A stretch of 63,166 bases of DNA, the filler included, from Collodictyon triciliatum (Eukaryota), in assembly GCA_043381765.1 (NCBI GenBank). It is 4 parts of 4 records of this genome, joined end to end, with 100 filler letters (N's around TTAATTAATTAA, not from the genome) between each part and the next. Parts side by side here need not be neighbours in the genome. Positions count along the whole stretch, not along the records: positions 1 to 21,881 come from JBHJMP010001168.1; 3 more parts are not named here. One strand, given 5' to 3'. The position numbers were made by a program, and so were the translations under genes. Positions within the stretch are counted from its first letter, which is position 1. Each line of letters opens with the position of its first letter. The notes under the pieces were generated by a model. The model did no database searches and was not told where the DNA came from. It saw nothing but the letters and a program-made list of their open reading frames with translations. Shown in pieces: positions 1-19,486 of the stretch.

Positions 1-13
1 AACGATAAATGAA

Positions 14-105
14 AAATGAAAAATGAAAAATGAAAAATGAAAAATGAAAAATGAAAAATGAAAAATGAAAAATGAAAAATGAAAAATGAAAAATGAAAAA
101 TGAAA
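14..105. repeat. (AAAATG)n microsatellite
   Basis: Perfect 6-bp tandem repeat read directly. Confidence 0.95.
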
Positions 106-714
106 CGCTTCTTGAAGATTGTATAAAATTATGATTATACAAAGGAGCTGCAGCCTCCGGCTATCCGTCCTCGGCCACCAGCCTTGGCGCAGTCGAAAAG
201 CCAGCTCATGCCTTCGCCCCAACCCAGTCCTGTGGCAACGTTCCCGCACCAAACTTCTGGGATTCAGCAGTATATCCAACCCGGCTTCAGCAGGACTTCT
301 CTGTACAACTACAACTGGAGTTCACAAGTGCGGTTTGAACTGCCTTCTTCTAATTGCCTTTTTTCTGCAACGAGCTTGTATGGATTTGGTCGTCGGTCTG
401 ACAAATGTTTCTCATGCAACCGAGGGAAAGACGACCTTGACTTATTTTACCGACTCATTCTCTTTCCACTATGGACGCTCCTCTTATCAGAGCACAGCAG
501 ATGACCGATGTCTGCATACATCGCCTCAGCGACCAAAAGGTGAACCGGCACGGCGTAGCCAGGCGCTTATCAATCGAGCATCCGAGATAGTGTCCAAGTC
601 AAACCAAAAGTAATTCATACAAAGTCCAAACTACCCCAACCATATTCCTGAATATTTTTTTTAGGGAACTTTGTTTTCTGTTTGTTTCTTGTTTTGCATT
701 TAATTCAAACAAGG

Positions 715-2642
715 ATGGTCAATAGGAAGTTGCAGCAAAAAGCCCTGCACACAAAGTACGAACCTCCTGATGTCAACGATGACCGCGAGGAAGACGCTTG
801 TTTGGCATTTCGTCTCTTTTTTCCCCCACCCAGCATTTTTTGAAATAGCTACTTGAAAGTTTTCATGTTTCCGGGAAATTGCTATGTTACTATATCAATA
901 TAGTTTGTTCAGTGTCGTAGTTTCTCATGGCGAGCATTGTATGTGAGACTTTCCCTCTATACTGACTTTTTTGTATGTTGTGCCAGTATACGCTGAATCC
1001 GAACCGAAGCAGTCTCGTCCCCAATCTTCATCAAGCACCGCACTCATACGGGCTACATCCAGCAATAATGTTGTTCCCCAAGATAGATTTTTAGCAGAAA
1101 CTCCAAGACAGAATCAAAAACAGAGATACAATCTTGGTCTTGGACAGAGCAGGTGCGTTCATAAATAATCTCTGTCACATAATTTCCCACTTTTGGCTTC
1201 TTTTATTTTTTCCCTTTTCGTTTTCGTTTTCTTTTTCTTTTTTTCTTTTTTTTCTTTTTTGTTTTTGTTTTCATTATCGTTTTCTTTTTCTTTTTTCACG
1301 ATGGAGGAATCCTTGCTTATTTAAGAGGCAGGTATTTCAAACAATGATTTCTTGCAGAAGCGCTTGTTTTGCCCTTGAGATGTCGGTACAAGAACGACTG
1401 CGCGATGCAGGAGCAAGGTCGCACGGTCCGTGTCCCATCCGATTGCAAGTAATGAACTGGGCAACTGTTGCTCTATCCAAATCTATCTACATATATTCCC
1501 TCGGGGATAATTCTTGTGTATACCAATAAAAAAAATTAAAAAAATAATCAAGGTATACAGGGAGGCGTTAGACGAAGTTGCAGAGAAATATTCTATGTAC
1601 GGACACCTTTTGAAACAGATCAAAGCCGAGTATGAGGCTGCAGGAGTTCCCATGCAGGACGGAGGACTCCATATTATGTATAATGACCTCGTTCTGCTAC
1701 ACAGCCAGCTGAAGCATGAGTACGAGCAGCTTGTAATTCAGCACAAGGAGGAGATGCAGAGAACACGCAAACTGATGATTGAGAATGAATCAATAAAGAA
1801 GATGATAGGTTTGTGACAACCCTTTTAATTTGCAATTGATATTTCTTTGAATCGAATAAAGGAAAAAATAATTTGCAATTGATATTTCCAAAAGCCTCTA
1901 CTGAATATGAATTTTCTATGAATACCTTACTTTTCAAGCTCCTCATTTTACACTTTGTTATATTCTCTCAACTCTCTCCTTTCAGAGTCCAGGAACGCCG
2001 AGTTGGAGCAGTTGAAGCAACGAGCGCTTTCTTACGACCCTAGCTGGCAGCAGCAGCAAAGAATTCAATCGAAGATTGAAAATATCGAGGTTCCAACGTT
2101 TCTTTTTTTTTTTTTCCTTCAACGAAAAACTTGCTGTTTAATATCTGCGAATGCGTCTTGACGAAAATGGTACTCCCGTTTATCTTTGTATTACTTATGC
2201 CCTCCAACAATCCTTCTTTATTTCCTCATGTTGGTCATTCAGAGAGACGATGCCTTTGAAACATTGACAAATCCGAACGGGTTCACGCAAAACACACTAG
2301 GTATGTTCCATAATAGATTAAACGAAGATACCTTTCGCTTAGTCACGGTACCACTTTTTCTGTTTTGGACACAATACCAAAGATGCTCGGGCTGTGTGGG
2401 GCCATAACCAAATTCTGGACAAGAAATTGATGAATATGACGCACGAGCATACACAGGTTGATGAGCATTCATGTTATTTCTTCTTCAATCATTAGCTTTT
2501 CTATTTCTGTAAATAATTCGTACATGTCGTTCACGCTTTTCAATCATGGAATCTGGATTAGGCCCAGCAGAAAGAACGTGAAACAAGTTATCGCATCAAT
2601 CACATAGCGGAAGACTTGGCAGCTGATATCCTTCATGACTAA
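715..2642 (+). CDS. Multi-exon coiled-coil protein with TSNAXIP1_N-like domain (TSNAXIP1/CLHC1-type, cilia-associated)
   Basis: Exons ~1358-1448 and ~1553-1808 splice to ...RLQ|VYREALDEVAEKYSMYGHLLKQIKAEYE, resembling the TSNAXIP1_N motif. Candidate ATG at 715; last exon AQQKERETSYRINHIAEDLAADILHD-TAA ends at 2642. Exon model approximate. Confidence 0.55.
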
Positions 2643-3897
2643 TTGCAGAGTTCTAATGGCAGAGAAAGTCCACGCCACTATCATCCACCTCAGACTTTGG
2701 CATTCCGAATCAGGAGCCGGGTGCTGCAAGTTCTCTGGTTGAGTGGGGCGAGGGTACTCTACCGTTTTGTATTTTATTTCGCATGTTCTGATACTTCTGC
2801 GTTGGCCAAAGAAATGGATGTATCAACAATAATTTCCACAGCTGGGCTCTTTGTCGCGAACGCAGACTTGGTTTTGAAAACAGTACTCACGAGATGTCAT
2901 GTAGAGAGCGGAATCTGTTTTTTTTTTTTTTTTGCCTGCCCTTTTTTTTCTTTGGTGCGCTGTAAACCAGCAGACATCGCAACAACCCGCCTTTGGTTTC
3001 TTGATCAAATGCCTAGCTTTCTTATTTCGTTACTATATGATGTTACACCGCAAAAGAAAATAGACAAATGTGTTGAAATGAAATTCCCCGCATTCCATTC
3101 ACGGGTAAAAATAATAATCATAAAAATTAACTAATAATTTGAAAACGTTGAGAGGTTAGTTACGATTACAGAAATACTGCTTTTATATTTCTTTTCAACT
3201 TCCCTTTTTCTTTAGTTTTTTTTTTAATTTATAAAAATCAAGTAGCTGCTATTTTCCGTTTAGGGTTCACATCGCTTACAATTATAAATGATATTATTAC
3301 ATATGAAGCGTTTGTGAGCTGTGTGGTGAAGGAAAGGCGGAGCGAACAAGAAGAAATAAGAGATACAAAGAATAATTTTCAAGCAAAGTTTCATGCCCCT
3401 TGCCATTTTATTTTGTATCAAATATGTATTTTGGCTGCTACCCAGCTAGCTTTTTGACCATCTCGCTTCATAAATATGTAATGCTGACAACTGTGTGCTC
3501 CCTTCAACCCCTCGCAGAGTATGGCACAATCCTCCTCGCCTGTTTGATTTCTTGGAGCACATGCTCTTGTATGCCTGGCGCTGGCTTCTCGTCATGCGGT
3601 GCTTGGTGAGTGAGGCGGATGTTTCCCCTCCCATGTTAATGGTAGTTGGTTGTGGCCTGGTATCTACTAGAATGCAAGATATCTTGTCTTTAAACTCCCC
3701 CTTTTTCTCTATCTTTTTCCGTCTCTGTGCACAAGCGCATTATTCACGCCGCAACAGTATTACGATGCTCAGCTATTTGAAATGGATATTTTCTCATAAA
3801 GAACGTTGATATGTCATGCGAGCATAACATTGAGCCCACCAACACATGATTCTTTCATCGATTTTTTTCTCTCCTGCTTCAGTCTGTTGTGCGTGGC

Positions 3898-5541
3898 CTA
3901 TGAGTAAATCATTAAAAGCACAAGAGTAGCCAATATGCAAAAGTTCGACCATAGGAACAGGAGGGTTCTATTCATCGGTTTCCATTCTTGTGAACTGCTC
4001 TTTTTGATTAGACCTCTGCGCATTTCAAATGAAAGGATGGCGATATCAGAAATGAGCTCAAATACAGACTGAATAAGAATTTGATAGATGCATTCCTTGA
4101 ATGATGTGACTGGCTGTAACCTGGCATCTTGGACGAGGGGATGGGCAAAATAAACCAGTAAAGGTGCAAAAATAATAGAGTAGACTTCAGATATCATAGA
4201 GTCGTACAGGTACCTAGCTCTGAACTCCATAGCTTCTTGAATGTAAGCTTCCTCACCCACAGAAGCGGGTTGATTATCTGGGTCTTCCTGTTGTTGCTGT
4301 TGCTGCTGTTGCCTGTGGTGGGGATTTTGCACATTCTCGCCAGGTTCAATCGGAGTCAGCTTTCTCGATTTCAAAGCAGATTTTATGATGAAATAGCACA
4401 TCGACAAAGTGCTCTGCAATTTGAACACTAACTTTACTCTATGCTTGAATGTCATCGCAGAAAGAACTTCGATGAGAGCTGATGCAAAGTTCACCAGGAT
4501 AAATCCGTAGGATAGTGCGCTCTCAGTCGATAAATTTGAAACCATGACCCTTCCAAGCAACTGGATGTAGTGATTACAAACTTTGTTCAAAATCATTCTC
4601 TCGTCCATGTGTTCTTTGGACAAACCATGAATCAGCTTCATCTGAATCCAATTAGATAGACTCAAGCACGTCGGAAAAATGATAATGCGAAATACCATTT
4701 GCGTGAAAAATGATGAATCAAGGTATATGTTCAGGATATTAAGGAAAAAGAAGACCATCAATATGTAAAATGTGACTATACCCTTGAGTAGTGCCGAGGC
4801 AGAGCCATCTTTTGTCCATTTGAAGTATAACTCTTGTTCACCAGACATATTTCCATGTTTGTTTGATTTGTAAACTATGAACAAACCTATCCCAATCCAG
4901 AGCGATTGGTTCAAGAACCCAAAGTTATTGACCATATCATCAGACTCGGACAGGATGTTAAAAACATTCTCCAGCATATAGCCAGGAAAAAAAGCAATCA
5001 TGAATGCCTTTCTGGAGAAATGGAAGCTGAAAATCTCCGAAAATGCAATACCTATGGACACCCAGAACGAGGATGACCTGAGAAAGTCTCTCATTCTTTC
5101 ATAGATAAATGCTTGGGTGGAGGAAAGTAGCTTAGGTGGAAGGAGAATGGCTGGCAAGAAGTATATCCAGACTAGTAACAAGTTTGCTAAAAGGACGGGT
5201 GCGATTTTGAACACCGTTCCAAACCAGACGGTGAATGCCTGTTTGCCTGTCTCTGTCCAAGTAGTTTGACCATCTTTGTTCATTTTTTCTTTGTCGAGTG
5301 TACTAGCTCCCTCATTTTTTGTCCTGGACTCTATCCCTTCGCCAGCATTACAATCACCCTCACACATTTCTCTCGGGAAGTCATCAGCTTTTTTGTAATA
5401 GTTAGGCGATGAGGTATTTTTTTGTCCTTTCTGTGTATCGATTGCGATGTGGTTGCTGCTCTCGCCTTCGATAGCTTGGAGTGACTGCCCAGGGAGTTGT
5501 CGGGGGCCAAAGTGGATCATACTGAACTCTTCAGCTGCCAT
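3898..5541 (-). CDS. Intronless multi-pass membrane protein of unknown function
   Basis: Long open frame from MAAEEF (ATG 5541): hydrophilic N-terminus, many hydrophobic segments, poly-Q loop. The upstream part of ORF 3898..6105 is poly-T and gap artefact. Confidence 0.7.
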   Translation of the reverse strand: MAAEEFSMIHFGPRQLPGQSLQAIEGESSNHIAIDTQKGQKNTSSPNYYKKADDFPREMCEGDCNAGEGIESRTKNEGASTLDKEKMNKDGQTTWTETGKQAFTVWFGTVFKIAPVLLANLLLVWIYFLPAILLPPKLLSSTQAFIYERMRDFLRSSSFWVSIGIAFSEIFSFHFSRKAFMIAFFPGYMLENVFNILSESDDMVNNFGFLNQSLWIGIGLFIVYKSNKHGNMSGEQELYFKWTKDGSASALLKGIVTFYILMVFFFLNILNIYLDSSFFTQMVFRIIIFPTCLSLSNWIQMKLIHGLSKEHMDERMILNKVCNHYIQLLGRVMVSNLSTESALSYGFILVNFASALIEVLSAMTFKHRVKLVFKLQSTLSMCYFIIKSALKSRKLTPIEPGENVQNPHHRQQQQQQQQEDPDNQPASVGEEAYIQEAMEFRARYLYDSMISEVYSIIFAPLLVYFAHPLVQDARLQPVTSFKECIYQILIQSVFELISDIAILSFEMRRGLIKKSSSQEWKPMNRTLLFLWSNFCILATLVLLMIYS

Positions 5542-5693
5542 CCTTGCTTCTCTGAAAAGACCTGTGCTCCCTTTCCGTTCGTTGGAAGAATACGAGCAAC
5601 AGAATAAAAAAAACCTTTTAATTTCTTTCTTCCGTTTTTTCCTTTTTTTTTCCCATTTTTTTCTTTTTTTCCTTTTTTTTTTCCTTTTTTTTT

Positions 5694-6061
5694 NNNNNNN
5701 NNNNNNNNNNNNNNNNNNNNNNNNNNNNNNNNNNNNNNNNNNNNNNNNNNNNNNNNNNNNNNNNNNNNNNNNNNNNNNNNNNNNNNNNNNNNNNNNNNNN
5801 NNNNNNNNNNNNNNNNNNNNNNNNNNNNNNNNNNNNNNNNNNNNNNNNNNNNNNNNNNNNNNNNNNNNNNNNNNNNNNNNNNNNNNNNNNNNNNNNNNNN
5901 NNNNNNNNNNNNNNNNNNNNNNNNNNNNNNNNNNNNNNNNNNNNNNNNNNNNNNNNNNNNNNNNNNNNNNNNNNNNNNNNNNNNNNNNNNNNNNNNNNNN
6001 NNNNNNNNNNNNNNNNNNNNNNNNNNNNNNNNNNNNNNNNNNNNNNNNNNNNNNNNNNNNN
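5694..6061. other. Scaffold gap (N run)
   Basis: Run of N flanked by homopolymers. Confidence 0.99.
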
Positions 6062-6131
6062 AAAAAAAAACTCATAAAAACCTCGCTTAAAAAGTATTCA
6101 CCCAATCCTTACCGCCCAGAGTTGCGCATCG

Positions 6132-12360
<6,229 letters not shown>

Positions 12361-13148
12361 AAACAGTGCTCTTGCCAACCACTGGTTCTGAATCAAAGAG
12401 AGAATGTATTCAAGCCCGACTTGTCCTTGCCTTCCGCTTGCTTTCGTACTTTCCCCCCGATGTTTCTCCCAATATCCCTCTCTCTTTCTCTCATACCCTT
12501 TTTTTTCCCCTTCGCTTATTCACCTTTCTTTCGCTTATTCACCTTTCTTTCTCACGTGAGGATGTCTCTTTTGGTATCCACCAAGACAATCTGTGATAGC
12601 TGCTTTGTGTTTCTTTTATGGATACAACAAAAAAAAAAAAAAAACTTTGAGTGAATGATGCAGCCCTAAATCGACGTGTTTGAAAGGCTAACACCAGGCC
12701 AAGGAAAAAGAGGGAATGTTGGTTTTGAAGAGGGAACAGTACTACAAGCCGTTTGCGGGTTTGGGATTGTTTAGCTTTCAACATGAGAATGTATACTTCT
12801 TTTTAATGCAGCAGTATTAAAAAAAAAAAAAAAAAGGTAAGAAAGAAAGAAGATAATCAAAAGTGTGGGGAGGAAAAGAGAGCCGCACCAGCATCCCAGT
12901 CAAAAGTGGGAGAAAAAAATGAGGGAGAGAGGTGAAGAAAAAATTAACTAAAAGGGTGCCTTTTTTTTTTTTGTTTTTTTTTTTTGTTTGCGATTGCAGG
13001 AAGCGGTGTGCATCGCCAATATTCTTTTCAGACCCTTTTCCTCTTACTGATATAATCCTTACTGGATGAAGTGGCGGCGCTCCTTAGGCATCGAAGCAGA
13101 GAATGAGAGAATGAGAGAATGAGATAGAGGGAGAAAGTGCGATACGCA

Positions 13149-13944
13149 TCAGGGAATCTCCTCGATCAAAAATCCATCCACCGTGACGTCCTTCGGCTGG
13201 GTGTTGGGTGAAGGAGATGCAGCCGAGGGCTGGTGCTGACGAAGGACAGATGACGCCTGCAGAGACGGGATGTTTGTGGGCCGGACAAAGGCCAGGTCTG
13301 CAAAGCGGAGAAGGAAGATGCCGGGGAGAACAGAGACAACGACGCGGAGGGGCGTGACGTAGAGCTCGGGCTTTGGATCCAGCACAAAGTCGAGGGCAGA
13401 GGAGCCTGCGAGGCGGTGCGTGACAGACTCATCTGCGGGGGCGGGATTGAGCGGCGCATTGGGAGAAGATGCAGAGGCTGAAGGGCGCAGAGAGAGTTTC
13501 CTGCAGAGGAGCGGCGCATCCGGATTGTGCATGTCGAAGCCGGCAATGACAAAGCACGAGGGATGGCGATGCAGTCGCAGACAATGGCCCACGCGCAGGA
13601 GGCAGCCTTTGTGCAGAAGCATGCGCGGATGCGGCGGCAGCGAGTCGAAGCGGTGATGCACATGCGGGATGATCTGCACGCGCGCCTCCATCACTTCGGC
13701 ACAGAGGGCAAAGCGCGTCGGGGTTGGGAGTGCGGCTTGTGAAGGAGCGGAAAGGGCGATGGAGGCCGGAACAGCAGCAGACGTGGATATATGTGCTGTG
13801 GGAGACCGCATCGGCGATGTGGCTAATCGGCCTTTCGCCTCGCCGCTGTGTTTGACATTTGCTCCCTGCGGCCGGGTGTGACCTTCATATTCATCATCGT
13901 CTTGATCGTCGTTTTCATCATCATCACCATCATCGTTGTCATCG

Positions 13945-13975
<31 letters not shown>

Positions 13976-14750
13976 AATGATCGTCGTTGTGGCGGTGTTC
14001 GCTGCGGTCATCATGTGACATCGCCTCCGAGTCGCCGGGCGAGCGCAGGTCCTCATCGTCATCGCCGCGATTACGGCTGTCGTCGCCGTCGTGATCATCA
14101 TTCTCGCTGCTGCGGCTTGGGCTGGTTGGTGCGCGTCCGCGTCCCTGAGCAAAGCCAGAGCTGCGGTGGACTCCGTGTGTGGACAGAGTCTGTGTTTGCC
14201 GGCGCAAGGCTGCTTGACCTGCTTCGCCAATGGCTCTGCTATTGCTGTTCATGCCACTACCGCTGCTGGTCTCGTTGTCATCTCCATCATCATTTCTGTT
14301 CTCGTTGCTGCTGTTGCTTTCGGCATCGCTTCTGCTGTCGGCTTCGCTTTGGCGGTCTTCTGCGGAATGTGCTGCGTTTCGCAGTTTGCGGGCCGGTCCT
14401 GGGCGACTCCGGGCTGGCGAGGAGGAGCCGGTCGAATCCGAATCTTGCTGAACGCGGCCGGCTTTTCTGGTCTGCGGCTCGGGTTTCTGCAGAGGAAAGA
14501 GGGACGCGGTTATCGCCTGGTATGTTCTTTGAGGAGCGGGAAAAAGGTAGATGAAGGTTTTTTTCCTCCTCTTTTTCTGTTTTTTTTTTTCGCTATTTTT
14601 CTCTCTCTCTTTTGTCTGTGTATGTCATTGCGTGGTATTCTGCAGCATACTGCGACGTAGCGACGGGCTTTGGCCACACGCCCGGCTGATCGGCGATCTC
14701 CTCCGCGGTACATCTGTGCGCAGAGTCCGTTGCTTACTTTGTACCTCTAC
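13149..14750 (-). CDS. Hypothetical protein with long disordered/acidic (poly-D) region and globular C-terminus
   Basis: Large exon ~14517-13149 (AITASLFPLQKP...MNSNSR...FLIEEIP-stop), preceded by a probable exon ~14750-14651 across a GT..AG intron. 5' end not resolved. Confidence 0.55.
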
Positions 14751-14913
14751 ATTGTAAATCAGTAGGAGGAAAATGAGAGAGAAGAGAGAGAAGGGGAAAA
14801 TGCTGTGAGCCTTTTTTTTTTCTTTAGTTCGCTTCGAGTGTAATATGTATTTGAAAGGATCTGAGCTTCCTGCGCCTCCTTCTTCGTCCCTTGTGCTTCT
14901 TTCCAGATCCGAT

Positions 14914-14965
14914 CGATCTGATTGATCTGATTGATCTGATTGATCTGATTGATCTGATTGATCTG
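14914..14965. repeat. 9-bp tandem repeat (GATCTGATT)n
   Basis: Read directly. Confidence 0.9.
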
Positions 14966-15312
14966 GTTCGTCCACATTTGGGACAAGCTGCGCAGGACGG
15001 TTTCCATCTGCAGAAGCATTCCATCCCCTTCAGAAGCAAACAAACAACAAAGAAAGACGCTGTCACGCACAACGACACATACCACCAAAACGCAACAAAC
15101 ACGCGCCACGGCTTATCATGATTGCAACAACTGCTGATGAGCACAAAGACAAAGACAAAGACAAAGACATACTTTGTACAAACAAATGAGACGGAATCTA
15201 GTGACTGCGCGAATAGATAACGAGATAACGAGGAGCTGACTTTGATAACGCTGAATATGACCAGGATAGAAAGGAGAAAGGAGAAAGGAGAAAGAAGGGA
15301 AGACGCCGAGGC

Positions 15313-16478
15313 ATGGACGCAAGCGAGTTCTTCCGCGACATCATGCCGACACCGTCACAGGCAGCGCGACCGACGCCGTGCTCTGTGGCGCAGCAGCAGC
15401 TCCTGGCTGAGGCGGACGAGAAGGCGACGACGGACGGAGAAGGCGACCACGAGGCGGAGGAGGTGCGCGTGTGGCGGGAGGTGCGGAGGATGAGCGCGCT
15501 GTCTGCGGCGCAGGAGCCGGAGCTGCTGGGGCGGTATCTGCAGCGGACGATTCTGGACGCGCCGACTCTGGAGGCTGCGGTTGGGCGGCTGCTTGCGGAG
15601 CGGCTGGGGTCTGAGCACGGGCTGCTCAGCACGAGCGGGCTGGAGGCACTGTTTGCCTCTGTGTGTGAGTCTGTGTCTGTGTCTGTGTCTGCGTCTGTGT
15701 CTGTGTCTATGCCGGGGCGAGTCGGCGCGCAGAAGGAGCGAGCCGGAGCGAGCCGGAGAGAGCTCTCTGCACCTGGCGAGCTCCCTGCACTTGGCGAGCT
15801 CTTTGCGGCAGACATCCGGGCGGTGGAGGAGCGGGACCCCGCGTGCAAAGGGTGCGGCGGGTCTGCGCTGCTCTTCTTCAAAGGGCTGCACGCGCTGTGC
15901 CTGCATCGCTTTGCGCATGTGCTGCTCGTGCGCGAGAATCGCCGGCCGCTGGCGCTGGCGCTGCAGTCGCTCGGGGCGCGCCACTTTGCCGTGGACATCC
16001 ACCCGGCCGCACGCATCGGCCGCGGCGTCCTCCTCGACCACGCAACCGGCGTCGTCATTGGCGAGACCGCCGTCCTCGGCGACGCCTGCACCCTCATGCA
16101 CTCCGTCACCCTCGGCGGCAACGGCAAGGACCAGGGCGACCGCCACCCCAAGGTCGGCCGCGGCGTCTTCATCGGCGCAGGCGCAAAGGTCTTTGGCCGC
16201 GTTGTTGTCGGCGACTATGCAAAGATTGCGGGTGCTGCTTCATCTTTTTTTCTCTTTTTTCTTTTTTTTTTTTTAATTCCAAAGATATCTGTGGAAGTGG
16301 CGTTGGTGAATGGGCTTTGTGTTTTGGTAACATGGTGGCGGTCATTGCAGGCGGCTCTGTTGTTCTCAGGGATGTGCCGCCGAGGTCCACTGCCGCCGGT
16401 GTCCCTGCCCGCATCGTTGGTCGTCCTGTTGATGAGCTGCCTGCAAGTGCCATGAACAATGCCATCGAGGGCGTGTAA
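15313..16478 (+). CDS. cysE: Serine O-acetyltransferase (CysE/SAT), one intron ~16232-16350
   Basis: DIRAVEERDPAC, FFKGLHAL, VDIHPAARIGRGVLLDHATGVVIGETA, GDRHPKVGRGVFIGAGAKV. Splicing gives KIAG|GSVVLRDVPPRSTAAGVPARIV; TAA at 16478. Confidence 0.93.
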
Positions 16479-16534
16479 CTTCAAGCGGTCTGCTCGCTCC
16501 TTTCTTTCCTTCCTTTTCTCTTTTGATTACTTCC

Positions 16535-16573
<39 letters not shown>

Positions 16574-17191
16574 ATCTTTTATCTTTGATTTGATGTATGT
16601 ACTACACATCCCTATCGCACCATTTGCCCCCTTCTATCACGCTCCAATCACCGCACAAAACATGATGTCTTTTCTCATTTCTCCATTTCTCTCTCTCTCT
16701 TCCCCTTTTTTTTTTTTAATCTGGGAATGTGTTTCTTGAGTAAGAGTTTTTATGCCTCTTTATCGCCCCAATCCCCATCCCATCCAAACACACGGATTTT
16801 ATTCATCCCTATCGAACTAAACACTAAAGGAATATATACACAAACATGAGTTTAGTTTAGTTGCTTCTTATTTGAGTTGTAGTTGTTTTTGTTTTTTTTA
16901 GGTGCATCGTTCAATCAGTCTTTCGTATATTTTCATTCTGTTCCTATCACAAACTTCTTTTTTTTTTTTTCCGTTTTCTTTTTACTGAGTTTAAATGCCT
17001 GTGTCTGAAGAAAACCAATCTCAGTTGCGTTGCGTGGCTGGGCTGCGGATTACACGCAGAGCGCAGGTGTGTTGGTGAAAGGTTGCGAGGAGTCGAGGCA
17101 AGGAAAGAACTGTCAGAGCGTAGAAACAGGTGCGGGAGAGAGGGAGAGAGATGATATTCGCGATGCAAAGAGACGGCCTTGCCTCCTTTCC

Positions 17192-17495
17192 TTAATACCC
17201 TGGCAGCGGGAAGCGGCGAGAGAACTTCTCAACGTCGGCCTTGAGTCCCTTGAGGTCGCTGTTCGATTCCCACGACTTGAGGGTAGCCTCGTAATCCTTG
17301 AGCTTCGTTCCTGCAGTGGCAGCACAAACAATCGGCATCAAAACAAGACCAAAAAATTAAATAATTTGCAATGATTTTTCAGATAATTTTGATATTCAAT
17401 CTGCCGTACAATGAGTCATTCCGCGCGTATATGTAATTTTTACATACTTTTCTCTTTCTTTCTTTCTTTTTTTTTTTTTTTTTTTTTTTTTATGG

Positions 17496-17551
<56 letters not shown>

Positions 17552-19409
17552 GAAGGGAACATTTTGCTTGTTTCAAGGAGAATACCATGGGGATAGATAG
17601 GCGGCAACGATACAGAGTCGAGTCGGAGGGAAAGGAAAAAAGGAAAGAAAAAGAGAGGCTTTTATTTTACCAGAGGCGTTTTTGATGGCCAGAGCAATCT
17701 TGATTCCGCGGTCGATGAAGTCGCCAATCGAACGGAAGTCATCCTGGTTCAATCCACGGGTGGTCAGCGCAGGAGAGCCTATGTCGTGGTGGGATTGCGT
17801 TGATTATTTATATATAAATAGTTAGTATTTTTTTTTTTTTTTTAGAGACCAGGGTTGCTGTGTGTTCATGGATGCATCAATCAACCGCACCGATTCGAAT
17901 TCCTCCGGGGACGAAAGGCTTTGTGTCGCCAGGCACAGCATTCTTGTTGACTGTGATGTGGACAGCCTCCAAGAGCTTCTCTACTCGGGCTCCATCGATG
18001 TTCTGGAGACGGCCATAAGCAGTGCAGAAAAGGGATTATGTCAAAGCATGGAATGAAGGAATCAAACCCAAGATGTGTGGGCTTTGGTTAATGACGCCAT
18101 ATGCACCGCACTTTGGCGATAGGATGTATTTTTTTTTGTTTTTTGTTTTTGTTTTTTTCCTTCTTTTTCTTTCGTGTTTTAATGAATAAGATGCTCGAAT
18201 ATTGTTGCAGGAAATGCTGTAGCACCTTCGACGACAATAGATATCTGCCAGAATTCGAAAAGTTACCTGTGGGCGGAGGTCAAGCAGAAGGAGGTGATTG
18301 TCGGTTCCTCCAGAGACAAGGGTATATCCTGTATGGGGCGATGTTATGCCGTATTAGCGTTCCTTTCTTGAGTTTTTAAAAAAAGAAAAGAAAAGAAAAG
18401 AAAAAGGTCTGTTTGTGTCCCACCGAGCTCCTTGAATCGGTCAGCAAGTGCAGAGATGTTTTTCTTCACTTGGGTCTGGTAATGTTTGAACTCGGGTGTG
18501 CTTGCCTGGGGGTGGAATAGTGTCTCAGGTTAAGCATGACACATTGTCGAATGAACAGAAGATTTGTAATATATGATGCATTAAGTTTTTATACACTATT
18601 TGGAACATGGTTCTGGATAAGTTAATTAGAAAAAAAAAAAAACCTCTTTCAAGCAAACAGCGAGGGCACCAATCACGTTGTTGTGGGGGCCTCCTTGAAG
18701 TCCGGGGAAAATGGCACCGTTGATGCGGTCCTCCAGTTCGTATAGGGTCTCTAAAGCGCCATAGTCCGGTTCAGTCATGCAATTCACACGTATCCATTCG
18801 TGTTTGAACAGCGGTAAAAAGAAGAATGGGAAGTAACTGTGTTTAAAATCTTCCTTCTCTTTCTCTTTTTCTTTTTTTTTTTTTCGTGTTTGTAATCGAA
18901 GCTCATACTTTCACCCTTGTCGTTGACAGACTTTACTCCACGCCGGTAGAAAATCATACCGCCTCGAGGGCCTTTGAGTGATAAAGTGAGTATTCGCTGA
19001 GAAAATTATTGTGCTGATTTGATGTTTTCATCCTAATTACACTATTTAAAAAAAGAAGAGAGAAGGAAAGGGACAGCGGGATAGTATACCTCGCAGGGTT
19101 TTGTGGGTTGTAGTTGTGACGATATCAGAGTGTTCAAAGGGGTCGTTGTGTAATTCAGCCGCTACCAGACCACTGGTGTTATATAGTAAGTTTAGGTGAA
19201 AAACGGAATCCACAAAGATGATGCATGCTTGATTGGGAATAGGGAGAGATACGTATGAATAACTTGCACCAGATCTTCTGATTCGAAGGAAAACTCTGCG
19301 TAAAATTTATTGATACGACATATCAAGGGAATATGATTTTGATGAACTAATTACCTGATGTGAGCCATGTCAGTCATGAGGTATGAATTCGTTTTATCAG
19401 CAATCTAGG

Positions 19410-19486
<77 letters not shown>

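Noticed and set aside
14-105. (AAAATG)n, and (AAAAGCAT)n at 53482, as telomeric repeats
   Set aside because: The units differ, are not G-rich telomere-like, and similar microsatellites fill introns throughout; contigs simply break at such repeats.
119-613. ORFs at the window start
   Set aside because: Possibly the last exon of a gene, but no recognisable motif, so not called.
15198-16172. Long antisense and alternative-frame ORFs over SAT and over 13166-14660
   Set aside because: Shadow ORFs caused by high GC; only one frame carries recognisable motifs.
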